A DNA stretch of 64,000 nucleotides, from positions 5,599-69,598 of the forward strand of contig CAYYRW010000037.1 of NCBI GenBank assembly GCA_964474205.1, given 5' to 3'. This document shows, piece by piece, positions 56,833 through 64,000 of the stretch. The notes beneath the pieces are model-generated. The model was not told the DNA's origin. It ran no database searches and worked only from the letters and a program-made list of their open reading frames with translations. The translations under genes and the position numbers were made by a program. Position 1 is the first letter of the stretch, and every line of letters starts with the position of its first letter. Source of the DNA: an uncultured Nitrospirales bacterium. Lineage in GTDB: Bacteria; Hydrogenedentota; Hydrogenedentia; Hydrogenedentales; CAILVY01.

Positions 56833-57540
56833 GTGATTGCCACGGTGGTAAATGCGCTGGCAATACTCGGCGGAAGCTTGATTGGCCTGCTGGCGGGAGG
56901 AATCATTCCATCCCGGATACACGACACGGTGATGAAGGGATTATCCCTGTGCGTGCTCATGATTGGGCTGCTGGGGATCGTTCATGTTGGGCCAACCCTG
57001 AGTTCCACGCATGTGCTGGTCATCATTTTCTCCATGGCCCTGGGCGCGATGATTGGCGAAGCCATTGATATAGATTGCAGGCTTCAGTGGATGGGAAAAA
57101 GTATTGAAAATAAACTGAACGGCCGGGGCGGGCAGTTTTCCGAAGGCTTTGTCACCGCCAGTATTGTGTATTGCGTGGGCGCCATGGCCATTGTGGGTTC
57201 CCTGCAAAGCGGTCTTTCCGGCAATCATGAAACGCTCTTCGCAAAGTCGGTGCTGGATGGGATATCGGCCATTGTGTTTACATCCACTTTCGGAATCGGC
57301 GTCCTGTTTTCCGCCGTACCGGTCTTTTTGTACCAGGGTTCCATCACGCTGTGTGCGGGATTGCTCAAAAACGTGTTAACCACCACCACAATTAACGACA
57401 TGACCGCCGCCGGAAGTTTGCTCATTATGGCCATCGGGTTTAATTTGATTGGGGCCACCAAGATCAAAGTGGCGAATCTGCTCCCGGGACTCTTTATCCC
57501 CATTCTCTGCCAAATCATTCTCAATCTCACCGGCTGGTAA
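56833..57540 (+). CDS. DUF554-family membrane protein
   Basis: GTG start 56833 with SD gggagaag; VIATVVNALAILGGSLIGLL N-terminus typical of DUF554. Confidence 0.65.
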   Translation: MIATVVNALAILGGSLIGLLAGGIIPSRIHDTVMKGLSLCVLMIGLLGIVHVGPTLSSTHVLVIIFSMALGAMIGEAIDIDCRLQWMGKSIENKLNGRGGQFSEGFVTASIVYCVGAMAIVGSLQSGLSGNHETLFAKSVLDGISAIVFTSTFGIGVLFSAVPVFLYQGSITLCAGLLKNVLTTTTINDMTAAGSLLIMAIGFNLIGATKIKVANLLPGLFIPILCQIILNLTGW

Positions 57541-57547
57541 CACAGCG

Positions 57548-58165
57548 TTAGGAAAATAGGCCTTTCCCAGCGTCATACATAAATTTGACGCCAAAGACAG
57601 ACAGAATAATGGCAATAAGAAAGAACACCTTTTTCTGGCTGCTTTTCCCCAAGGCTTCCGAACCTTTATAACCGGCCAACGACAACACTTCCAGCCATCC
57701 CAGATCGCAGGACCAATGAAGCAGGGCAAACAGCAGGACTGCCAGAAAACCGAGGTCCACGGCTTTTAAGGTGAGTTCAAGGCCAACCGTGGTGGACCAG
57801 ATGATGAAATAAGGGTTTACAGCGGTGAGGAGGAGGCCGATGAGAAATGGGTGACGTTGAACCGATGTCTGGGATGTTGTGTCCAATTTATTCAGATTAA
57901 TCAGAAGTTGACTGCCCATCAATAACAGAAACAGGCCACCCGCCAGGTTAATGCCGATGCGAACAGCTTGAAGGTTGAGAAAGGCCGCAGCACCGCCCGC
58001 CAAAAGCAACAACACGGGGAATTCGATGGCGATGTGGCCGAAGCCAACCATGAGCCCCGCATGGCGATTGCGTGTTCCGGCGGCCAGGGTCGCCGCCGTG
58101 ATGGGCCCCGGCGACAAAGTGCCCGACAGCGATACCAGGATCACCGTCACTATAAAGGCCAGCAT
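57548..58165 (-). CDS. LysE/RhtB-family translocator
   Basis: 205 aa; SLSGTLSPGPITAATL signature, 6 TM. Confidence 0.8.
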   Translation of the reverse strand: MLAFIVTVILVSLSGTLSPGPITAATLAAGTRNRHAGLMVGFGHIAIEFPVLLLLAGGAAAFLNLQAVRIGINLAGGLFLLLMGSQLLINLNKLDTTSQTSVQRHPFLIGLLLTAVNPYFIIWSTTVGLELTLKAVDLGFLAVLLFALLHWSCDLGWLEVLSLAGYKGSEALGKSSQKKVFFLIAIILSVFGVKFMYDAGKGLFS

Positions 58166-58216
58166 AGTACCCGTGCTCCCGAAGCCAACATCACGTCGAG
58201 CAGCCGCATGTGCCGT

Positions 58217-59905
58217 TCATGGAACCGTGCGCTCTTCTTCATATACCGACATCACCTCAGTTTCAGATAACGCCTTCTCATATACGCGCACGTGTTTCAT
58301 CCAACCATAGAAATAATCCCCCGCGCCAAAGCCTATCCGCAAGGGTTGGTTGTTGGAGAGGTCATATCCTGCCGCATCAAAACCGGTACTTTCAGCCACA
58401 GGCTTCCCATCAATGAACAGGCGGAGAGAGTGGGCATCACACGCCACCGCAAGATGCCGCCACCCCGGCTTCAAGGCATCATCGAAGGTAACGTTCCTGC
58501 CCGCTTCCATGCAGAACACCTTGCCGGAAGGCAGCGTCCCGCAAAACAGTTTGCCTTGATACACCGCCATGGACCACGCCCGCCGGTATTTCCCCTCCGC
58601 CGTGTCCAAGGGCTGTCCAATGAGCGTCCAGGCATTCTCATGGTCATGGCGATACACCCTGGCGGAGGGCAGGGTGCCTGCATACAGCTTGCCGTTGTAA
58701 ACCATCATGCCCATGCTCTCATTCTCTTCTCCGGGCTTTCCGCACGGCGTCCACACGAACTTCTCATCCATGCGGTATATATAGGCTTTCGGCCAGGTCG
58801 AAACATGCAATTGCCCCCCATACACCGCGAAGGAATAGTCCTGATCGATGGGAGGGTTAATGGTGCCGCCCACATACGACCAGTTTGCGCCGTCGTAACG
58901 AAACGGACCTCCTGGCGCATCATAAGAAACCATATACAAACTGCCATTGAACACACAGGGGTTCAGCACGCGGCGGCCCGGATTGCCGCAATACACCCAT
59001 TTCTTATCCCCTTCATACCGGTATAATCCAAATCCGTCTTTCTTCAGAGTGGTGGCATAGAGCCTGCCCTTGAATACGGCCAGCCCGCCTATCGTAATTG
59101 CCTTGCCGGTTTCCGGATTTTCCAACGCCCCGCAATCCGTCCATTGTTTCCCTCCCTCAAAACAATAGATCGTGCCTCCCGGGGCCGTATTGGGAGAGGC
59201 CGCGAGGGCCGATCCCGTCGTGTCATACCAGGAAGACCCTGCATAAAGCTTTCCGTTGTACACGGCCAAGGCCCCCACCGAATTGCTCGGTCCCGGACTG
59301 CCGCAATCGCGCCAGGATGTTCCGCCCTCATAGCGGTACACATGCCCGGATTCCCCTTCCCCCGCTTCACACGTGGCCGCGTAAAGCGCCCCCTCATGAA
59401 CCACCATGCCAAAAATGAAAATGGCGTTTCCGGGACGCCCACAATCCGTCCATTGGGTCACCTCCGTGCCGCTGTCCATGCCACAGTGTACCGTTCGATA
59501 GTTGGACTGGGAATTTGATACCCCCGAACAGGTCAGAAATCCGAGATTGAATCCCCGGCGGGTCTCCGGATCATACTTGCTTAAAAGATCGCCAAGGGCA
59601 TCGTCCAGTTCCTCCTTGGTATAAACCCACATGGACACACAAAAGCCACTTGCCTTGAATTGGGGCGAAACAGCGTTGGGCGCCTCCAAAAACGCAGTAC
59701 GGCCATCAAAGCGCGCAGCACGGCTTCCATCAGGGACAACAGCGCCAAATTCCACCCCATGGTTTTCCGCATGACAGCCATTCCCGGAACTGTCCTGCCC
59801 GTCTTCCAGCAGCTTCCAATAAGCCGCCGGAACGGGATTGGCCATGGCTGCCACGCATGTACCTAAGGCAACGAGCACGACCGCATATCGAAAAAACAGT
59901 CTCAT
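58217..59905 (-). CDS. secreted protein: LamG/concanavalin-like domain apparently interrupted by a ~6-bladed beta-propeller-like insertion
   Basis: signal peptide; N-terminal ARFDGRTAFLEAP…FCVSMWVY and C-terminal WRHLAVACDAHSLRLFIDGKP…LRIGFG…GWMKHVRVYEKALSETEV look like the two halves of one LamG domain; middle has six Y(R/C)(Y/F)EGG…W..CG.PG repeats. Confidence 0.5.
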   Translation of the reverse strand: MRLFFRYAVVLVALGTCVAAMANPVPAAYWKLLEDGQDSSGNGCHAENHGVEFGAVVPDGSRAARFDGRTAFLEAPNAVSPQFKASGFCVSMWVYTKEELDDALGDLLSKYDPETRRGFNLGFLTCSGVSNSQSNYRTVHCGMDSGTEVTQWTDCGRPGNAIFIFGMVVHEGALYAATCEAGEGESGHVYRYEGGTSWRDCGSPGPSNSVGALAVYNGKLYAGSSWYDTTGSALAASPNTAPGGTIYCFEGGKQWTDCGALENPETGKAITIGGLAVFKGRLYATTLKKDGFGLYRYEGDKKWVYCGNPGRRVLNPCVFNGSLYMVSYDAPGGPFRYDGANWSYVGGTINPPIDQDYSFAVYGGQLHVSTWPKAYIYRMDEKFVWTPCGKPGEENESMGMMVYNGKLYAGTLPSARVYRHDHENAWTLIGQPLDTAEGKYRRAWSMAVYQGKLFCGTLPSGKVFCMEAGRNVTFDDALKPGWRHLAVACDAHSLRLFIDGKPVAESTGFDAAGYDLSNNQPLRIGFGAGDYFYGWMKHVRVYEKALSETEVMSVYEEERTVP

Positions 59906-62571
59906 TTCCCGGTCCTTCCTGTCTTTCTTTGCTGCTTATTATCCGTATTTGCGCGCCAAGAAAAAATCTGCGCTTTTCGTTCATCATTGGGAGTATCGAG
60001 AGAGAGCGTGAACGTGAGAGCCCAAGTCCCTGTCACCGAATCATAGTCGGCCTGCCACCAGTCATTGCCAGCGGACGATGATTCATCAATCACTTCGATA
60101 TCCCCATTGGCACCCTGTTTTGATAGATGGAAACCGGTGTTATGGGTGACCTCGGAGATGGTGACGGGGGTATATCCAATCCCGCCCGTGATGCTGAATT
60201 CCGCGCGCTGTCCCTTCTTTGCGCGAATACGGACCGGCCACGTGTTCTCCACCGTGCCGACGGAAGCCTTCACTTCGACGTTCGACCCCATGGCCTCCCG
60301 GAGCGTCAACGCCCAAGGTTCCGATGATCGCTTCAAGGCAACCATCACGTTCTGGTTGGGTCCGTAGTAGTCTTCCGCCTGTTGCGGCAGGACAAGCACT
60401 TCTATCTGGGCGTCAACAAAATCGCCTTGTTCCAGTTTCTGGAGTTCCGGCGGGGGCGCCAACTCCACCAACGCGCTTTTCATACCATCCTCCGTCCCAA
60501 ACACGGAATAGCGCGGTGTGGCACATTCCATTCCGCCCAGTTTCGCCTTCCAACTCCGAACTATCATTGCCTTATCCGCCAGCGCACCCTGATCGTCTTT
60601 GGGATAGGCCTCCGGCGGCGTTTTCTGAACACCATAAAGGCCAATCCACGGAAGCGTTCCCGGCAATTCCTGGCTCCTTCGGCTATAGGTCCATCCGCCT
60701 GTGGCTGGTTCCCATGCTTCATCCATTCCCGCGCTGGAACCCCGCGCAATCTTTTGAAACTGAATCGAGTTATAGTGGTCCGCGCCCAATTGGAAAAACG
60801 CAAGCCGGTCTATGTTTCCCACAGGTTTCGTCACGTCATACCGCAACGTATACAGTGCCCGGACATAATCGTCGGAACGCCAGCTTTGCGTGCGAACGCA
60901 GGATTGTAGCGCACCGCCATGCGTCTGCCCCGCATACGTCACATCCGTAAGGACCGGGCCATAACTGCGGTATAACGTTTTCTGACGCCCAAGGAATTTC
61001 CGGTCCGGGCTGTCCTTGGTAAACAAGGCCAGAAAATCGCAACCACCCACATTGTGCGTCCAACTCCATTGGGTCTTCGGCTTGGCGCCCATGCCCCAGA
61101 CCATCAGCGGACGCATGTCATCCACCATCGAACGGCCCAGATTCACATCCGCGTCATAGCAGATGCTCTCCCCGAAGGAACCTATGGACATTTCATCCCA
61201 CAACTGATTGCCGCCATAGCCAACCAGGCATAATTGCGCATGCGCCACCGCCGGGACGCCTCCCCACCGGCTATACGCCAAATCGAATTCCAGTTCCAGC
61301 GATTGACTCGCCCCAAGTTCCAGCATTGCAAGACCGTTGAACCACGGTGGCGCGCAATGCCAGTTTTTGGAAATTTGAATGGGAAGCCCAATGGGATAAC
61401 CGTTCTTATCCCGCAGAATCGGCGACATCCCGGTAATCGAGAAGTTACCTCCGATCTTGGCGAAATTCAGACGAACAGTGCATGGCTCCGGCGCGGCATT
61501 CCTCAGCGTCACGCGCACACGCTCCATCGTATTGACATCCGCATTCTCCCCCAGCAGAATCTGGTGCCATCCCTTCACCGCATCATAATCCACCCGAAGC
61601 GCACCACTATAAGGGGCCATCCCTTCCGCCGTCACCTCAATGCGCCCCTCGGCCGCGGCGACCATCTGGCGAACCTCCCGCAATGCATCACGCCGGACAT
61701 CCGCGGAGGGAACCACCACACAGGAAAAGGTGTGCACGCTCTCCCCCACCATGCTTATGGGGTCCGTCTCTATCGCCAAATGGCCGTCGCCCATCCGCCG
61801 CACATGCTGATTTTGACCAGGAAGAGTCAATAGCGCAATGCCATTCTCCGCCGAATTGCGCACCACCACCGCCCGGTCCGAAATCTCCCCCATTTCTGCC
61901 TCATGCCACGTATCATCCTTCCCAAGCATTTCAAGAATGGGGTATTCCGTGGGAATCGTAAGCAGCGTGGTAAAAGTCACCTGTTCCAGCCCATGCGGGG
62001 GCGTGAGGTGATTCTTATACGAAGCGGTATGAAGTTGTAATGCCACCCGGTCACTCCAGGCATACCCCTCCATCCACGCATGAACCCCTTCCAATCCCGC
62101 CCCGGATTGCAACCCGCCAATTTGCACGTGCTGTACGGAAAAATGTTGTAGATATTTCCCCACACGGTGTAACCATACCTGCCTTGGGTCGGTGGTGCCT
62201 GTCCCCACGGGAAAAACCCGGCCATTCCACGTCAGGGTAAAGGTCAACTCCGTTTCGGGAAGCGAATTAAGCACCTCGTTGCCCTGATTCGCCGCCGCCG
62301 CATCATCCAACGGATTTACGATGGGGCCTATTCGGTTGATGCGGCCCCTGGAAGCATCCAACAGGAAAGCATACCGGTTGGTCTGAACCGCAAAGCGGAT
62401 GGGACCATCTTTTTTCGGAGGCCGCCATCCATAGGGATAGTATCCGAACGTGTAATCGCTTGCATGACTCAGCGACGTCCCTGCCACCAGGGCAGCGCTG
62501 GCTCCAGTCCCGGCGGCACCCAGAACACTCGAAACCAACACACAACAAACGGCACGTGCGGAAAACATCAC
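59902..62571 (-). CDS. large secreted hypothetical protein (889 aa)
   Basis: signal peptide MMFSARAVCCVLVSSVLGAAGTGASA; no motif I can assign; possibly carbohydrate-active. Confidence 0.5.
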   Translation of the reverse strand: MMFSARAVCCVLVSSVLGAAGTGASAALVAGTSLSHASDYTFGYYPYGWRPPKKDGPIRFAVQTNRYAFLLDASRGRINRIGPIVNPLDDAAAANQGNEVLNSLPETELTFTLTWNGRVFPVGTGTTDPRQVWLHRVGKYLQHFSVQHVQIGGLQSGAGLEGVHAWMEGYAWSDRVALQLHTASYKNHLTPPHGLEQVTFTTLLTIPTEYPILEMLGKDDTWHEAEMGEISDRAVVVRNSAENGIALLTLPGQNQHVRRMGDGHLAIETDPISMVGESVHTFSCVVVPSADVRRDALREVRQMVAAAEGRIEVTAEGMAPYSGALRVDYDAVKGWHQILLGENADVNTMERVRVTLRNAAPEPCTVRLNFAKIGGNFSITGMSPILRDKNGYPIGLPIQISKNWHCAPPWFNGLAMLELGASQSLELEFDLAYSRWGGVPAVAHAQLCLVGYGGNQLWDEMSIGSFGESICYDADVNLGRSMVDDMRPLMVWGMGAKPKTQWSWTHNVGGCDFLALFTKDSPDRKFLGRQKTLYRSYGPVLTDVTYAGQTHGGALQSCVRTQSWRSDDYVRALYTLRYDVTKPVGNIDRLAFFQLGADHYNSIQFQKIARGSSAGMDEAWEPATGGWTYSRRSQELPGTLPWIGLYGVQKTPPEAYPKDDQGALADKAMIVRSWKAKLGGMECATPRYSVFGTEDGMKSALVELAPPPELQKLEQGDFVDAQIEVLVLPQQAEDYYGPNQNVMVALKRSSEPWALTLREAMGSNVEVKASVGTVENTWPVRIRAKKGQRAEFSITGGIGYTPVTISEVTHNTGFHLSKQGANGDIEVIDESSSAGNDWWQADYDSVTGTWALTFTLSLDTPNDERKAQIFSWRANTDNKQQRKTGRTGK

Positions 62572-62622
62572 CCCGAAGTCTCCTTATGCGTTCAGGCATC
62601 CTTTTGCCAAATTCAGTAACCT

Positions 62623-62704
62623 GTCATTGCGAACGAAGTGAAGCAATCTCGCCGGCGGTCAATCAAGTGTGGCTCCGAGATTGCTTCACTTCGTTCGCAA
62701 TGAC
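62623..62704. repeat. 29-bp perfect inverted repeat (gtcattgcgaacgaagtgaagcaatctcg / cgagattgcttcacttcgttcgcaatgac) with 24-nt loop
   Basis: exact reverse complements at 62623-62651 and 62676-62704; intergenic between two minus-strand genes; no adjacent T-run. Confidence 0.9.
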
Positions 62705-62753
62705 AAATGTACTGTCAGGATGCCCAAAAAACCTGGTAAAAAGGCCATCATGA

Positions 62754-63491
62754 TTACTCCGCACGCAGGATGCACACGATGATCGAGCCGGGGAAGATAC
62801 CGGACTTTGTCTCAAGCCGGTGCATACACTCGGCCCCGCGCCAGCTCAGGGGCGCCATCCAAGGGGCCAGAAAACAAGATGTTGCAAGCGCACTGATGGA
62901 AAATCCCGCGTCTTTGGCAAGCCGTGTAAGTTTGTATGCGTTATATTTGGCGATATGCTGGTCCCCCTGCATTTTCGGGGCGCTGGTCAAATGATCCATC
63001 CCATATTCTATCAGGGGCCACAGGCTGCGGTAATTGGGCGTGGTGAGAAAAACCTTGCCCCCGGGCCTGAGGAGGTTTTTGAAACTCTTTAGCATGGCCA
63101 GCCCCTGCCATTCATGAATGTGCTCAATCACTTCCAGGCAATAGATTTTATCCGGCGGTTCGTCCAGTTGAAGCTGGTCGTCCACGAGCCCTTGCAGAAA
63201 AGACACATTTTCGGAAGCGAAATGTTCCCGTGCATACGTTATGGCTTCCAAATTTCCATCAATGCCCAGGACGCGCCGGCTGGTCTTGCCTAAAAAAGAA
63301 GCGATCACCCCGGAACCGCAGCCCACATCCAACACGAAATCGGAAGCATCGGGGGGCAACAAATCCGATATCAGCATCAACTTTGACGCATGCCAAAAAC
63401 GTTGCACCGGATTTTTCGACTGAATGGCCCGGTGCTGATAGCCGCCGTCAATTTGCCGAGTATCGCCTGTTCTTCGATCCATAAATTCCAA
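62754..63491 (-). CDS. class I SAM-dependent methyltransferase
   Basis: VLDVGCGSGVIASFLG motif I, LRPGGKVFLTTPN motif. Confidence 0.85.
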   Translation of the reverse strand: MEFMDRRTGDTRQIDGGYQHRAIQSKNPVQRFWHASKLMLISDLLPPDASDFVLDVGCGSGVIASFLGKTSRRVLGIDGNLEAITYAREHFASENVSFLQGLVDDQLQLDEPPDKIYCLEVIEHIHEWQGLAMLKSFKNLLRPGGKVFLTTPNYRSLWPLIEYGMDHLTSAPKMQGDQHIAKYNAYKLTRLAKDAGFSISALATSCFLAPWMAPLSWRGAECMHRLETKSGIFPGSIIVCILRAE

Positions 63492-63499
63492 TGATTCCG

Positions 63500-64000
63500 C
63501 TATGCGTTGTCTGCTGGCCGTTGGTCCGGTGGAGAAAAGGGCTCATTACCGAGGGTTTCGCTGACCAGATAGCGCGGACGCCGTTTCATCTCCCAATACA
63601 TATTGGTCATGTACTCGCCGATAATGCCAAGCCCCATCATGGTGCACCCTCCGATGATGAGTTGCAGCAGAATAACCGTGGAGAAGCCGGGCAGCGCCCT
63701 GCCGATAACCCAGTAGAAGGCGGTGTACATAAACAGCAAGGCGGCGAAAAACAGGAAGACCACGCCCAGGAACGTGACGATGTGCAACGCGGACGTACTG
63801 AACGAGGTAATGGCCACCAAGGCGAGTTTTATCAGGCGCAGGGTGGACCAGGAAGTCGTTCCCGCCGTGCGCTCCCGGACATTCATGGAGACGGTGCCAT
63901 GGCGGAATCCGAGCCATTCGGTCATGCCGCGGAAAAAAGTGCAGGATTCCTCCATGGACAGCAGGGCGTTCACCACCTTGCGGTCCAGCAATTTGTAATC
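63500..64000 (-). CDS. GT2-family polyprenyl-phosphate glycosyltransferase (ArnC/DPM1-like), C-terminal part (gene continues beyond window end)
   Basis: C-terminal two-TM region with GIIGEYMTNMYWEMKRRPRYLVSE typical of ArnC/DPM-like GT2; catalytic N-terminus lies past 64000. Confidence 0.65.
   Translation of the reverse strand, partial: DYKLLDRKVVNALLSMEESCTFFRGMTEWLGFRHGTVSMNVRERTAGTTSWSTLRLIKLALVAITSFSTSALHIVTFLGVVFLFFAALLFMYTAFYWVIGRALPGFSTVILLQLIIGGCTMMGLGIIGEYMTNMYWEMKRRPRYLVSETLGNEPFSPPDQRPADNA

Noticed and set aside
55571-56863. 430-aa minus-strand ORF
   Set aside because: Antisense to GH20 hexosaminidase
58292-59026. 244-aa plus-strand ORF
   Set aside because: Antisense to the LamG-propeller secreted protein gene
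1-64000. tRNA, rRNA or other canonical RNA genes
   Set aside because: No cloverleaf-like or rRNA-like segments recognised by eye in intergenic regions; cannot exclude small ncRNAs (see structured intergenic findings)

Overview
This is a 64-kb stretch of a fairly high-GC (about 60%) bacterial chromosome. Giant repeat-rich surface proteins, dockerin-like modules, a sulfatase-family enzyme and a GxxExxY protein are tentatively consistent with a PVC-superphylum-like organism (inference only). No rRNA, tRNA or CRISPR array was recognised.

Most of the window is core metabolism and envelope genes: a ThiS-ThiF fusion (partial), aldehyde dehydrogenase, ilvD, two sugar-phosphate isomerase/epimerase TIM-barrel proteins, thrC, an ABC-2 type exporter, a URO-D-like / PfkB kinase / carbamoyltransferase / GT4 cluster, mutS, a MacAB-like tripartite efflux operon, a sulfatase-like protein, a polyprenyl-phosphate sugar transferase, a B12-binding radical SAM protein, hcp with an Rrf2 (NsrR-like) regulator, two LysE exporters, a GH20 hexosaminidase, a DUF554 protein, a SAM methyltransferase and a GT2 protein (partial).

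The accessory part is 5.2-9.8 kb. Three decayed direct-repeat copies of the 5' end of an IS200-like REP-associated tyrosine transposase (RAYT, COG1943) gene bracket two cargo segments. The first is a GxxExxY (PD-(D/E)XK-like) gene bounded by imperfect inverted repeats. The second is a lower-GC, translationally coupled three-gene operon: unknown protein, HExxH metallopeptidase-like protein, and a dCTP deaminase/dUTPase-fold protein. I propose this operon as a candidate undescribed nucleotide-depletion defense (or mobile-element) module.

Three giant secreted proteins (1287, 1346 and 2663 aa) share 18-bp tandem repeats encoding (E-G-E-G-A-V)n spacers. Two of them end in the same Cys-containing twin dockerin-like module. 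The 2663-aa beta-propeller + RHS/YD protein ends in a Cys-motif / TM / basic-tail sorting-signal-like segment instead of an obvious toxin tip.
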